Source: Burkholderiales bacterium (GTDB lineage: Bacteria; Pseudomonadota; Gammaproteobacteria; Burkholderiales; SG8-41). From it: 64,000 bases of DNA. Position numbers and translations under genes: made by a program. Below are positions 11,281 to 20,985 of this stretch, one piece after another. The stretch lies in the NCBI GenBank assembly GCA_036555615.1, contig DATBKZ010000043.1, positions 16,596-80,595 of the forward strand, given 5' to 3'. The notes beneath the pieces are model-generated. The model did not search any database and was not told where the DNA came from. It was given only the letters and a program-made list of their open reading frames with translations. Position 1 is the stretch's first letter. Every line of letters begins with the position of its first letter.

Positions 11281-11286
11281 TATAAT
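11281..11286 (+). promoter_or_regulatory. Candidate -10 box (TATAAT) for tRNA-Pro
   Basis: A perfect TATAAT lies 9 nt upstream of the mature tRNA 5' end, preceded by hairpin AGCCGCG-ttc-GCGGCT. I cannot see a convincing -35. Confidence 0.35.
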
Positions 11287-11295
11287 TTCAAGCCT

Positions 11296-11372
11296 CGGGG
11301 CGTAGCGCAGTCTGGTAGCGTACCGGCATGGGGTGCCGGTGGTCGTGAGTTCAAATCTCACCGCCCCGACCA
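11296..11372 (+). tRNA. tRNA-Pro (anticodon GGG)
   Basis: Acceptor stem CGGGGCG/CGCCCCG, anticodon loop ATGGGGT, T-loop TTCAAAT, encoded CCA end. Confidence 0.93.
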
Positions 11373-11378
11373 GAATTT

Positions 11379-11858
11379 CTAGTCCTTTACCCGCACGTGC
11401 TTGCCCAGGTGCGCGCAGTCGGCGTCGGTTTTGAGTCCGGCGGCGCGAATGCCGTGGGCCGCGAGCTCCTCGTCGCGCTCCTGGGTATCGCCGGTGACGC
11501 CGACTGCCCCGATCACTTCGCCCCGGGCGTCGCGGATCAGCATGCCGCCGCCTTCGGGGAAGATCCTGCCGCCCGATGCGTTGATCAGGTAGTTCATGAA
11601 AAGTGGCCGCTCCTCGGTGCGGACGCGCACCAGGCTTGACGAGCGCCCGAGTGCGAGCGCGGCGTAGGCTTTGCCCATCGCCATCTCGAACCGCATCATC
11701 GCCGAGTCGTCCTCCTTCTTGAACGCCTTGACGTGCGCGCCGGGATCGGTCACGACGACGCTCACGGGCCGGCAATTGAGCTCGCGTGCGCGGGCGAGCG
11801 CTGCGTTGATGATGTCGTCAGATTGCTTGAGCGTGACTTCGGACACTGCATCCTCCAC
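11379..11858 (-). CDS. GlcG/HbpS-like heme-binding protein (DUF336)
   Basis: 159 aa with the GlcG-type motif GGGMLIRDARGEVIGAVGVTGDTQERDEE. Confidence 0.7.
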   Translation of the reverse strand: MEDAVSEVTLKQSDDIINAALARARELNCRPVSVVVTDPGAHVKAFKKEDDSAMMRFEMAMGKAYAALALGRSSSLVRVRTEERPLFMNYLINASGGRIFPEGGGMLIRDARGEVIGAVGVTGDTQERDEELAAHGIRAAGLKTDADCAHLGKHVRVKD

Positions 11859-11985
11859 TTTGTCGGGCGTGACGCCACCGGGTCCTTAATGGTAAGTCCC
11901 CCTCCGGAAAACGCAAACAGGGCTAGCGACATGCACTAGAATGCGAACCGGAGGCTGTGACAAACAAGAACGAGGAGGAACCCCC

Positions 11986-12981
11986 ATGACACGAGTTCTG
12001 CGGCGACATCCTGCTGCAAAAGCCATCTTCTCCGGCATCGTGCTTGCGCTCTTCGCGCAAGCGCAAGCCTGGTCGGCGGAGAGCTATCCCGCCAGACCGA
12101 TCCGGCTCCTAGTGGGTTTTGCCCCCGGGGGCGCGAACGACCTAGTGGCGCGCGGCGTCGCGACGAGACTCAGCCCGCGCATCGGCCAGCAGGTAATCGT
12201 TGAGAATCGCGCGGGGGCCGGCGGCAACATTGCCACCGAGCTCGCGGCGCGCGCCGCGCCCGATGGCTACACGATGCTGCTTGCCTCCGTGGCGTCATTT
12301 GCGATGAGCCCGGCTCTGCTCGGCAAGGTGCCGTTCGACCCGATCAACGATTTCGCGCCGGTGACGCGGGCGGTAGTGGTGACGGCCATACTGTCGGTGC
12401 ACCCGACGGTCCCGGCCAGGTCCCTTAAGCAGTTCGTGACGCTCGCCAAAAGGCAGCCCGGCGCGATCAATTGTGCGACTCCAGGCGCGGGCAGCATCGC
12501 GCACCTCGCCTTCGAGCGCTTCTGGAAGACGGCGGGCATTCGCCTGAACCAGGTGCCCTACAAGGGTGGCGGCCCGGCGGTCGCGGACGCCATCGCCGGA
12601 CACGTCGACAGCATCGCCGGCCTGATCTCGACGCAGACCCCGCACGTGCGGGCGGGAAGGCTGCGGGCGCTCGCCGTCACCAGCGCGAAACGGTCGGCGG
12701 CCTTGCCCGAAGTGCCGACGATTGCCGAGTCTGGCTATCCGGGATTCGAGTCGAGCGGATGGCTCGGCTTCGCCTTTCCGGCGCGCACGCCGACAGCGAT
12801 CGTCGACCGCATGCACCGGGAAATCGTGGCGGTCCTCAACCTGCGCGAGGTGCAGCAGCAGCTCGAGAGCCTCGGGCTCGACGCCGAGCCCAACGATCCC
12901 GCGTCCTTTCACGCGCTGATCAAGGCCGATCACGCGAAGTGGGACCAGGTGGTCCGGGAAGCGGGGTTGCGCCAGAAGTGA
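11986..12981 (+). CDS. Bug-family (TctC-like) tripartite tricarboxylate transporter substrate-binding protein, orphan
   Basis: Has a signal peptide and the typical Bug motifs YPARPIRLLVGFAPGG..., VPYKGGGPA. ATG 11986 follows GAGGAGGAA. There are no tctA/tctB genes nearby. Confidence 0.85.
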   Translation: MTRVLRRHPAAKAIFSGIVLALFAQAQAWSAESYPARPIRLLVGFAPGGANDLVARGVATRLSPRIGQQVIVENRAGAGGNIATELAARAAPDGYTMLLASVASFAMSPALLGKVPFDPINDFAPVTRAVVVTAILSVHPTVPARSLKQFVTLAKRQPGAINCATPGAGSIAHLAFERFWKTAGIRLNQVPYKGGGPAVADAIAGHVDSIAGLISTQTPHVRAGRLRALAVTSAKRSAALPEVPTIAESGYPGFESSGWLGFAFPARTPTAIVDRMHREIVAVLNLREVQQQLESLGLDAEPNDPASFHALIKADHAKWDQVVREAGLRQK

Positions 12982-13805
12982 GCAGCGTCCGCATTGCCTG
13001 CCTGCAGCTCAACGCGGGGAACGATTTCGCCCTCAATCTGGCAACGCTCACGGCCATGGCGCGCGAGGCGGCCGCGGGCGGCGCGCGGTTCGTCTTTTCG
13101 CCTGAATACGTCCTGATGATGGACGGCAGCGGGCGCACCATGCGCGAAAGGGCGCTGGATGCGAGGGGCGAGCCGGCGCTGTCTGCGTTGATCGAGCTCT
13201 CGCGCGAGCTCCGGGTGTGGCACCTCGTCGGCTCGCTTACGCTGAAAACCGATGACGGCCGCCTGCTCAATCGCTCGATTCTCATCTCGGACCGCGGGGA
13301 GGTCGTTGCTACCTACGACAAGATCCACATGTTCGATGCCACTTTGCCGGGCGGGACGGTGATCCGCGAGTCGAGCGCCTACCGGCCGGGCAGCCGCGCG
13401 GTGGTCGCCGCCACGCCCTGGGGCGCGCTGGGCATGACAGTGTGCTATGACCTGCGATTCCCGCATCTTTACCGGGCCCTGGCCCAAGGCGGGGCCGTCA
13501 TGCTCGCCGTACCTTCTTCGTTCCAGCGCGAGACCGGCAAAGCCCACTGGCACACGCTGCTGCGCGCGCGTGCGATCGAGAACGCATGCTTCGTAATTGC
13601 GGCGGCCATGTGCGGCGACCATCCCGGCAGCCGCATGACCTACGGCCACAGCCTGGTCGTCGACCCGTGGGGCGAAATCCTCGCCGAGGGCGGTGACGCC
13701 CCAGAGGTGGTCTGTGCCGACCTCGATCTCGCACGGGTAGGCGAGGTGCGCTCGCTGCTGCCGTCGCTCACCCACGACCGGCCGTATGCGCCGCCGACAG
13801 CCTGA
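12978..13805 (+). CDS. Carbon-nitrogen hydrolase family protein (Nit-like)
   Basis: VRIACLQLN..., FSPEY, DKIHMFD, and the catalytic Cys context MTVCYDLRFP. GTG 12978 overlaps the upstream TGA (GTGA). The long 5' extension of ORF 12471.. was rejected. Confidence 0.8.
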   Translation: MSSVRIACLQLNAGNDFALNLATLTAMAREAAAGGARFVFSPEYVLMMDGSGRTMRERALDARGEPALSALIELSRELRVWHLVGSLTLKTDDGRLLNRSILISDRGEVVATYDKIHMFDATLPGGTVIRESSAYRPGSRAVVAATPWGALGMTVCYDLRFPHLYRALAQGGAVMLAVPSSFQRETGKAHWHTLLRARAIENACFVIAAAMCGDHPGSRMTYGHSLVVDPWGEILAEGGDAPEVVCADLDLARVGEVRSLLPSLTHDRPYAPPTA

Positions 13806-13870
13806 TGCCGGTGCTAAAATCCCCGCGGCCGCCGGGCTCAATTGCCGGTTGCCGTTCAACGGAGGCGCAC

Positions 13871-14428
13871 ATGGGCTACTCACTGCAGGACTTCACCCGC
13901 GATACGCGCGAGATATTGAAAGCCGGCTCGAGCCGCGCACAGGTCGAGAAGGTCAAGACCAAGATGGAGCGTCTGCTGGTCGACCCGGAATTCGTGAAGC
14001 AGTACTTTGGTGACGATCAGCCGCTGGGGCTGAAGCGGATCCATATCGACCCCACGGGATTCGAGGTCATGACCTATCGCTACCACGAGGCGCGCAAGTC
14101 CAATCCCCATGACCACGGTGACTCATGGGCGATCTACGGCCAGGTTGCCGAGTACACCGAGATGACGCTGTGGGAGCGCACGGACGACGGCTCCGATCGC
14201 GATATCGCAAAGCTCAAGGCGGGCACCCCCTACCGCCTCAATCCGGGCAAGGCCGGCGTCTACTACGGCCGCGAGCTGCATTCGACGGCCACTCCCGTCA
14301 ATACCCGCTACCTGCGCGTCACCGGCACCGACCTGGAGAATATCGAGCGGCTGCGGATCGACGCTGCCAGCGGCAAGATCAGTCGCATTCACGGACGGCA
14401 AACGGGAGCGCCTGCGAAAGTGCGGTAG
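13871..14428 (+). CDS. Cupin-fold protein, cysteine dioxygenase type I-like (putative thiol dioxygenase)
   Basis: ATG 13871 follows GGAGG. The metal-site-like motif NPHDHGDSWAIYGQV...E resembles bacterial CDO/MDO homologs. The function is not established. Confidence 0.45.
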   Translation: MGYSLQDFTRDTREILKAGSSRAQVEKVKTKMERLLVDPEFVKQYFGDDQPLGLKRIHIDPTGFEVMTYRYHEARKSNPHDHGDSWAIYGQVAEYTEMTLWERTDDGSDRDIAKLKAGTPYRLNPGKAGVYYGRELHSTATPVNTRYLRVTGTDLENIERLRIDAASGKISRIHGRQTGAPAKVR

Positions 14429-14476
14429 AGCGCGGCGCAACGGGAGCGGTCGGGCCAGTCGCGGACACCATCAGTC

Positions 14477-15223
14477 ATGCGCATCCTCCTCAGCAATGAT
14501 GACGGTTACTTCGCGCCGGGCATCACGCTGCTCGCGGAGATGCTCTCGCCGCTGGGGGAGATCACGGTGGTCGCGCCGGAGCGCGATCGCAGCGGGGCCA
14601 GCAACTCGCTCACGCTCGACCGCCCCCTGACCGTGCGCCGGGCGCAGGGGCGCGTCCACTACGTCAATGGCACGCCGACCGATTGCGTCCACCTGGCGGT
14701 GACGGGGCTCCTGAAGCAGCTTCCGGACATCGTGATATCGGGCATTAACCACGGCGCCAACATGGGGGACGACACCATATACTCGGGGACGGTCGCGGCC
14801 GCCACCGAGGGCTTTCTGCTCGGCATCCCGTCGATGGCGATTTCGCTGGTGAGCGAGAGCGCGGGCCATTTCCGGACCGCCGGGCGCGTGGCGGTGGAGC
14901 TCGTTACGCGGCTGCAGCGGCAGATGCCTGCCGAGCCGTTCCTGCTCAACGTCAACGTTCCGGATGTCGAGTACGCCGCACTGCGCGGTTTCCAGGTGAC
15001 GCGCCTCGGCAAGCGCCACAAGGCGGAACCCGTGGTGAAGACCACGACGCCGCGCGGGGAAAAAGTCTATTGGATCGGCGCGGCGGGCAGCGCCCAGGAC
15101 GCGGGAGCGGGCACGGATTTCCACGCAGTTGCCAACCAGCGCGTCTCGATCACGCCGCTGCAGATGGACCTCACCCGCTACGCGCAGCTCGAAGCGATCA
15201 GCGTCTGGCTCGCAGGCCAGTGA
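14477..15223 (+). CDS. surE: 5'/3'-nucleotidase SurE
   Basis: [16 protein letters not shown]..., [21 protein letters not shown]. Confidence 0.93.
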   Translation: MRILLSNDDGYFAPGITLLAEMLSPLGEITVVAPERDRSGASNSLTLDRPLTVRRAQGRVHYVNGTPTDCVHLAVTGLLKQLPDIVISGINHGANMGDDTIYSGTVAAATEGFLLGIPSMAISLVSESAGHFRTAGRVAVELVTRLQRQMPAEPFLLNVNVPDVEYAALRGFQVTRLGKRHKAEPVVKTTTPRGEKVYWIGAAGSAQDAGAGTDFHAVANQRVSITPLQMDLTRYAQLEAISVWLAGQ

Positions 15224-15263
15224 GCGGTGACCGGTGGCGAGTGAGCGGCACGGGTTAAGCAGG

Positions 15264-15917
15264 ATGCGGGACACCGGGATCGGGATGACCTCGCAGCGCA
15301 CTCGGATGCGCATGGTCGAGCGGCTGCGCGCGCAGGGCATCCGGGACGAGACCGTGCTGGCCGCCATGGGAGAGGTGCCGCGCCATATCTTCGTGGACGA
15401 GGCGCTGGCGAGCCGGGCCTACGAAGACATTGCGCTGCCGCTCGGCTACGGGCAGACCATCTCGAGCCCGCATACCGTGGCGCGGATGACGGAGCTGGCG
15501 CGCAACGGCCGCATGCTCGGCAAGGTGCTGGAGGTCGGTACCGGTTGCGGCTACCAGACTGCCGTCCTCGGGCGGGTCGCGAAGCAGGTCTACTCGATGG
15601 AGCGCCTGGCCGCGCTCATCCGGAAGGCGCGCAGGAATTTGCGCGAGGCGGGTGTGCGCAACGTCCATCTGCGCCACGGCGACGGACATGCTGGCATGCC
15701 CGAGGTTGCGCCGTTCGACGCCATCCTGTTGACTGCGGCGGCGCCGCGCGCGCCCGGCAAGCTGCTCGAGCAGCTCGACGTCGGTGGTAGAATGGTTCTG
15801 CCGCTCGTGCGCAACGACGAGCAGCATCTGTTTCTCATCGAACGCACGGCGCGGGGCATGGTCGAACGCCGCATGGATCCAGTCGTATTCGTTCCTTTGC
15901 TGTCGGGAGTGGGCTAG
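15264..15917 (+). CDS. pcm: Protein-L-isoaspartate O-methyltransferase
   Basis: [16 protein letters not shown], the SAM motif [15 protein letters not shown], and surE-pcm-nlpD synteny. The start is ambiguous (15264 or 15285). Confidence 0.9.
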   Translation: MRDTGIGMTSQRTRMRMVERLRAQGIRDETVLAAMGEVPRHIFVDEALASRAYEDIALPLGYGQTISSPHTVARMTELARNGRMLGKVLEVGTGCGYQTAVLGRVAKQVYSMERLAALIRKARRNLREAGVRNVHLRHGDGHAGMPEVAPFDAILLTAAAPRAPGKLLEQLDVGGRMVLPLVRNDEQHLFLIERTARGMVERRMDPVVFVPLLSGVG

Positions 15918-15940
15918 GCCGCAGTTATCGGTGCGCTGAC

Positions 15941-16849
15941 GTGACCCCACTCGCCCTGAGAACCATAGTCGCGTGCGTGCTTGGGACAGCCGTCGCGACG
16001 GGCTGCTCGGTCCGGACGGGTGCTCCGGTCGTCGACCGCACGCGCGATGCCAAGGCTGCTCCCGCGAAACCAGCCGCGGCCGTGAAATCGGCACAGCGGC
16101 CGGCCGATGCCCGGCCCGCCTTCCACACGGTCAGGAAGGGCGACACCCTCTACAGCATCGCCCTCGATTATGGGCTCGATTACCGCGAGTTGGCCCAGTG
16201 GAACGGCGTCACAGCGGCGAGCGTCATCAGCGTCGGCCAGCAGCTACGATTGAGCCCGCCGCCGGCCGCGGCGGCAGCGGCTGCCCCGTTGCAGGCAGCG
16301 CCCGTGGTGCAGGCGAGGCCGCTGGACGCGACCCCGCTTGCCGGGGGCGATGGCAGCATCAAGACTCAACCGAAGGCCGTGCGCGCTCCGTACTCCGACC
16401 AGACCTACGCGCAGATGGCGAGCCTCAAGCCCGGACTGCCCCCTGCGGTCGAGCCGCCGCCCGGCCAGGGCGGCGAGGAAACGGTCGCCTGGGCGTGGCC
16501 GGCGAGCGGGAAGGTGATTCGCGCCTTCGGCGACGGCGCCAACCAGAGAGGCATCAGCATTGCCGGCAAGCTGGGACAGCCGGTGCATGCCAGCGCTTCC
16601 GGCAGAGTGATCTTCAGCGGCACCGGCATCCGCGGCTTCGGCAAGCTAATCGTGATCAAGCACAACAGCACCTTCCTCAGCGTATACGCTCACAACAACA
16701 ACCTGCTGGTGAAGGAAGGCCAGAACGTCACGAAGGGCCAGAAGATCGCGGAAATGGGCGCAACCGACGCCGATCAGGTGCGGTTGCACTTCGAGATCCG
16801 CCGGTTCGGCAAGCCGGTCGACCCGATGACGCTCCTGCCGCCCGCCTGA
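15941..16849 (+). CDS. nlpD: LysM + M23 peptidase lipoprotein NlpD
   Basis: Has a lipobox (VATGC), LysM (HTVRKGDTLYSIALDYGLDYRELAQWN), an Ala/Pro linker and an M23 domain (GISIAGKLGQPVHASASGRV...HFEIR). Confidence 0.9.
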   Translation: MTPLALRTIVACVLGTAVATGCSVRTGAPVVDRTRDAKAAPAKPAAAVKSAQRPADARPAFHTVRKGDTLYSIALDYGLDYRELAQWNGVTAASVISVGQQLRLSPPPAAAAAAAPLQAAPVVQARPLDATPLAGGDGSIKTQPKAVRAPYSDQTYAQMASLKPGLPPAVEPPPGQGGEETVAWAWPASGKVIRAFGDGANQRGISIAGKLGQPVHASASGRVIFSGTGIRGFGKLIVIKHNSTFLSVYAHNNNLLVKEGQNVTKGQKIAEMGATDADQVRLHFEIRRFGKPVDPMTLLPPA

Positions 16850-16855
16850 TCTCTC

Positions 16856-18808
16856 TCAGGCAGCAAAATGCCTGACGCGGCGCTGCAATTCCACCAACGC
16901 GGCGGCGCTTGACTCCGCACCGTAGCGCAGGGCGACGTAGAGCCGCGTGATGGGCTCGACCGCAGGTGCAAGCTCCGGCCGCTGGCGCTCGACCCGGCGT
17001 GCATAATCGACCGGGCCTTCGGCCGGATCGCGCGGCAGGCCCTGACGGCGCAACTTGTCGCAGAACTTCAGATAGGCGACCTTCACCGGATCCCGCACGC
17101 GGGTCTTCAGCTGGCGCAAGGCGAGCACGGTAAACATTGCAACGACAATTCCGGCCAGAATGAAAAGCATCGCGGTCAGCTTTTCCCACGTCGCGTTGTC
17201 CAGCCCGGCGTTCGCGAGCAGAGAGCGTTGGCGCTCCGGCGTGTAGCCCAGCACCCATTGGTTCCAGACGTTCGCCATGTAATCCCACGTGAGTCTCACC
17301 TGCCGCAGAATCGCGAGAGGCGTGCGCACCATCAACGGCAGGGGATCGGTGCGCGGCACCGCTGCCGAGATGCCCGTGTCCACGCGCACCGGCGCTACCG
17401 CGAACGTAGGATCGACCCGTACCCAGCCGCGGCCGTCGAGCCACACTTCGGTCCACGCGTGAGCGTCGGCCTGTCGCACGATGAGATAGTGGCCCAGGGC
17501 GTTCACCTCGCCGCCCTGATAACCGGTCACGATGCGGGTGGGAATTCCGGCGGCCCGCATGACGACCGCGAACGCGGACGCGTAATGCTCGCAGAAGCCG
17601 CTGCGCGTGGAGAACAGGAACTCATCCACCGGATGCTCGCCGAGCGGCGGGGGCTCGAGCGTGTAGACAAAATTCCGGCGGAACATGCCGAGCATTTCGC
17701 CGATAATGCCCTCGTCGTCGGCATGCTTCTGGCGCAGCGCGCGTCCGAGCTCCTGCGCGCGGGGATTGGAGCGTGAGGGAATCCTCAGCGCGCGGTTGAG
17801 CGCGAAGCGGCTCTCGACCGCTCCGAAGCGGGCGTTGAGGAATGACGCCATGTCGTAGCGCAGCCGGTTGTTCACGGGCCGGATGGAGTAGAGCTGGTAG
17901 TCGGTGCTGACGATCGACTGCGGCGGAGCCACGGCCGGCAGGTCGAGCGCGAACATCCAGCGCCGGTTGTGGGGCTCGAGCGTTACCTCGTACTTCACCA
18001 AGTCGCCCTGGGCCGCGATGCGGGGGGCGGTATAGACGAAAGATTGCGCTGACCAGGTGCGGCCGTCGAAGTCCCACATCAGGGGCCCGCGCCAGTAGAG
18101 GTCCTTGGCGCGGGGCATCTCGGACTCGAACCGCACCCGGAATGCCACGGCGTCCGACAGCACCAGGCTCGTAATGCTGCCCGGCGTCATGGTGTCGGAC
18201 AGGCCGCTGACTCCGGAGAATGCATCGCGCGGCAGCCCCCACAGCGGGCCCGATACGCGGGGAAACAGCAGGAAGAGCACGAGCATCAGCGGCACCGACT
18301 GGGCAAGCAGCACGCATGCGGTACGCAACTGTACGCGGAACGGCGGCTCCGCATCGGCGTAATTGAGGTTCACCATGGTTGCCGTAATAGCCACCGTGCA
18401 GGCAAGCATGTAGAGGCCGGTTCCGATGGCCTGCGAATAAAGAAAATTGGTGATCACCAGGAAATAGCCAAGGAAGCTGAGCAGCATCGCGTCGCGCAAG
18501 GTGCGGGTCTCCAGCAGCTTCAGCCCCAGCATGATGACGAGCAAGGTCACACCCGCGTCCCGCCCGAAGATGGTGCGGTAGGCCAGGAATACGCCGACGG
18601 TGGCGATGAAGGCAATCAGCAGCAGCAGCCAGCGGCTTGGCAGCACAAGGCGAGCGTAGCCGACGTAGGCGCGCCACGCGATGAGCATCACTACCAGCCC
18701 GATGGTCCACCATGGCATGTGGGTGGCGTGCGGCGCGGCCACCAGAGCCAGCGATAGCAGCAGCCAGCGCACGTGGCGCCAGGAAAGCAGCTGTTTCGGG
18801 TCTGTCAT
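16856..18808 (-). CDS. Transglutaminase-like membrane protein (TgpA / DUF3488-transglutaminase)
   Basis: 650 aa with an N-terminal polytopic region and a transglutaminase core with a Cys/His context (SGFCEHYASAFAVVMRAAGIPTR...ADAHAWTEVW). Confidence 0.85.
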   Translation of the reverse strand: MTDPKQLLSWRHVRWLLLSLALVAAPHATHMPWWTIGLVVMLIAWRAYVGYARLVLPSRWLLLLIAFIATVGVFLAYRTIFGRDAGVTLLVIMLGLKLLETRTLRDAMLLSFLGYFLVITNFLYSQAIGTGLYMLACTVAITATMVNLNYADAEPPFRVQLRTACVLLAQSVPLMLVLFLLFPRVSGPLWGLPRDAFSGVSGLSDTMTPGSITSLVLSDAVAFRVRFESEMPRAKDLYWRGPLMWDFDGRTWSAQSFVYTAPRIAAQGDLVKYEVTLEPHNRRWMFALDLPAVAPPQSIVSTDYQLYSIRPVNNRLRYDMASFLNARFGAVESRFALNRALRIPSRSNPRAQELGRALRQKHADDEGIIGEMLGMFRRNFVYTLEPPPLGEHPVDEFLFSTRSGFCEHYASAFAVVMRAAGIPTRIVTGYQGGEVNALGHYLIVRQADAHAWTEVWLDGRGWVRVDPTFAVAPVRVDTGISAAVPRTDPLPLMVRTPLAILRQVRLTWDYMANVWNQWVLGYTPERQRSLLANAGLDNATWEKLTAMLFILAGIVVAMFTVLALRQLKTRVRDPVKVAYLKFCDKLRRQGLPRDPAEGPVDYARRVERQRPELAPAVEPITRLYVALRYGAESSAAALVELQRRVRHFAA

Positions 18809-18814
18809 GCGAAT

Positions 18815-19819
18815 TTACGACCGCTGACGGGAAGATCCCGGGCGTGGGGCATCATCGAATCGCCGGTCAGTGTTGTGGAGGGCGAGCGCTTCGAGGCAGC
18901 GATCGCGCTGTGCCTCTCCAGCTGCCATTTCCAGGGTTGTGTTCGGCAGGCGCAAGCCGTAGGTCAGCCCCGCGGCGTGCGCATCGAGCACCCAGCGGGC
19001 AAGGAGGGAGAGGCGCTCCTCCGCGCCCATCTGGGACGGCAGCAGGGCCCAGTCGAGCCATAGCTCGGTTTCGGCGCGACCGGTGAATTGCTTGGTGTGC
19101 AGCCCCTGGTCGCGTGCTGCAACCTTCCACGCGACGTGGCGCGGAGAATCTCCCCGGTGGTACGGGCGCATGCCCGAAAAGTCCTCCTGGCCCTGACCGC
19201 GCTCGGCACCGGCGCCGGCGCTCGGTGCCGCGGGCGGCATCGGCAGGCCGGTGGCAGCGGGGCGGGGATAGACGATGCACTGCAAGTCGAGATCCACGTA
19301 GGCCCACGCGTAATAAAATCCCAGCGGAAAGCGCGTGAAGAGTATCAGTCGCCCCGGCCGCAGAATGCCCCGCCGGGGCGCGTGGACCCCGGCGGTTGCC
19401 GACGTCCCGGAGCGCGCCATGACATCGACGAAGGATGCCTGCCTGCGGTCGTGGGTGAGACCGATGGCGTAGCGGTCGGTATCGCTCCGGTTCTCGATAT
19501 GCAAGGCAAAGAACGCGGTGTCGCCGGCGAACACCGGCCGCGTGCGCCCGCCCGTGATCCGCAGGTTCGCGAGGTTGCGAAACGTGTAGATCATGGCATT
19601 GACGCTCGCGGCGCCGAGGAGAAACGTGAGGACGAAACCCAGGCCAAGCGAGTAGTTGATGGATCCGGCCAGCATGACCAGCAGGATGAGGGCGAACACC
19701 AATCCCTGGCGCGTGGGCAGGATGAACACCCGCCGCTGGCCCAGCACGATTACCCCGGATTCGGGCCCGCGCCAGCGAAAAAGCCAGGTGAAGAAGCGGT
19801 TCCTGAGCGCGGCGTACAT
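18815..19819 (-). CDS. DUF58 domain protein
   Basis: 334 aa with two N-terminal TM helices and the DUF58 motif (FSGMRPYHRGDSPRHVAWK). It sits between MoxR and TgpA, as in the known operon type. Confidence 0.8.
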   Translation of the reverse strand: MYAALRNRFFTWLFRWRGPESGVIVLGQRRVFILPTRQGLVFALILLVMLAGSINYSLGLGFVLTFLLGAASVNAMIYTFRNLANLRITGGRTRPVFAGDTAFFALHIENRSDTDRYAIGLTHDRRQASFVDVMARSGTSATAGVHAPRRGILRPGRLILFTRFPLGFYYAWAYVDLDLQCIVYPRPAATGLPMPPAAPSAGAGAERGQGQEDFSGMRPYHRGDSPRHVAWKVAARDQGLHTKQFTGRAETELWLDWALLPSQMGAEERLSLLARWVLDAHAAGLTYGLRLPNTTLEMAAGEAQRDRCLEALALHNTDRRFDDAPRPGSSRQRS

Positions 19820-19934
19820 CGAAAAGCAGGATCGAGGATTGAGTTGTCAGGATTGAGTGGTCGCCTTGCGCCGAGAGTGGGATCGAGCAGCGATTGTCAC
19901 TCGATCCTCAATACGCGCTCCTCGATCCTCGCCG

Positions 19935-20879
19935 TCAGGGGATGGCGACCTGCTTGATCAGGTGTGTCGCGACATCTGCGCCGTTGACGTGAGTGATCTC
20001 GCTGGCGGGCACCAGGCGGTGACCGACCACGGCGGGAAGCACGGCCTGCACGTCCTCCGGAACGACGTGCCCCCGCCCCGCCATCAGCGCCCAGGCGCGG
20101 GCGGCATGCAGCAAAGCGAGCGCGGCGCGCGGGGACAGGCCGTGAACGTAATCGGCGGCGCGGCGCGTATGATTGGTCAGCGCCTGGACGTAGTCGAACA
20201 GGGCGCTCGACGTGTGGATTTCCTGCGCGCGATGCTGCAGGGCCATGAGTTCCTGCGGCGCCATGGCGGGTCTCAGCGTTGCCAGGAGATCGCGGCGGTT
20301 TTCCCCCTGCAACAGCGCGCGCTCGGCCTCGCTGTCGGGATAACCGAGCTCAACGCGCATCAGAAACCGATCGAGCTGCGATTCCGGGAGCGGAAACGTG
20401 CCAATCTGGTACGATGGATTCTGCGTGGCGATCACAAAGAACGGCTCGGGCAGGCGCCGAGTCTCGCCTTCGGCGGTCACTTGATGTTCCTCCATCGCCT
20501 CGAGCAGCGCGCTCTGCGCCTTGGGTGTTGCCCGGTTCACTTCGTCAGCCAGCACGACCTGGCTGAAGATCGGTCCCGAATGAAACTGGAAGCCGCCGGT
20601 CTCGCGGCTGTAGACGGAGACCCCGATGATATCGGCGGGAAGCAGATCGCTCGTGAACTGGATGCGCTGAAAATTCAGGCCGAGCGACGTCGCGAGCGCG
20701 TGCGCCAGCATGGTCTTGCCCACGCCGGGAATGTCCTCGATCAGCAAGTGCCCGCGCGCGAGCAGGCAGGCGAGCGCAAGCCGGATCTGATGATCCTTGC
20801 CGAGGATGATGCCGCCGACCTGGCTGATCACCCGGTCGACCTGCTGTAACGTCACGGCGCGCTGGGGAAAGTCATTCAT
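19935..20879 (-). CDS. MoxR-family AAA+ ATPase
   Basis: Walker A IEDIPGVGKT, Walker B LADEVNRA, and MoxR length and organisation. Confidence 0.9.
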   Translation of the reverse strand: MNDFPQRAVTLQQVDRVISQVGGIILGKDHQIRLALACLLARGHLLIEDIPGVGKTMLAHALATSLGLNFQRIQFTSDLLPADIIGVSVYSRETGGFQFHSGPIFSQVVLADEVNRATPKAQSALLEAMEEHQVTAEGETRRLPEPFFVIATQNPSYQIGTFPLPESQLDRFLMRVELGYPDSEAERALLQGENRRDLLATLRPAMAPQELMALQHRAQEIHTSSALFDYVQALTNHTRRAADYVHGLSPRAALALLHAARAWALMAGRGHVVPEDVQAVLPAVVGHRLVPASEITHVNGADVATHLIKQVAIP

Positions 20880-20985
20880 CCAGTCGAGTGTGCCACAACA
20901 CTGTGCGCCGTGACCAGTGACGGCAGCACTGCGAAGCCCGGGACACGTTCAGGAATGTGCGGTTTCTCACGTCGCCCCCGCGGTG

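Noticed and set aside
16850-16856. The expected rpoS gene downstream of nlpD (the surE-pcm-nlpD-rpoS arrangement).
   Set aside because: It is not present. nlpD is immediately followed by the convergent transglutaminase gene, so there is no sigma-factor gene in this window.
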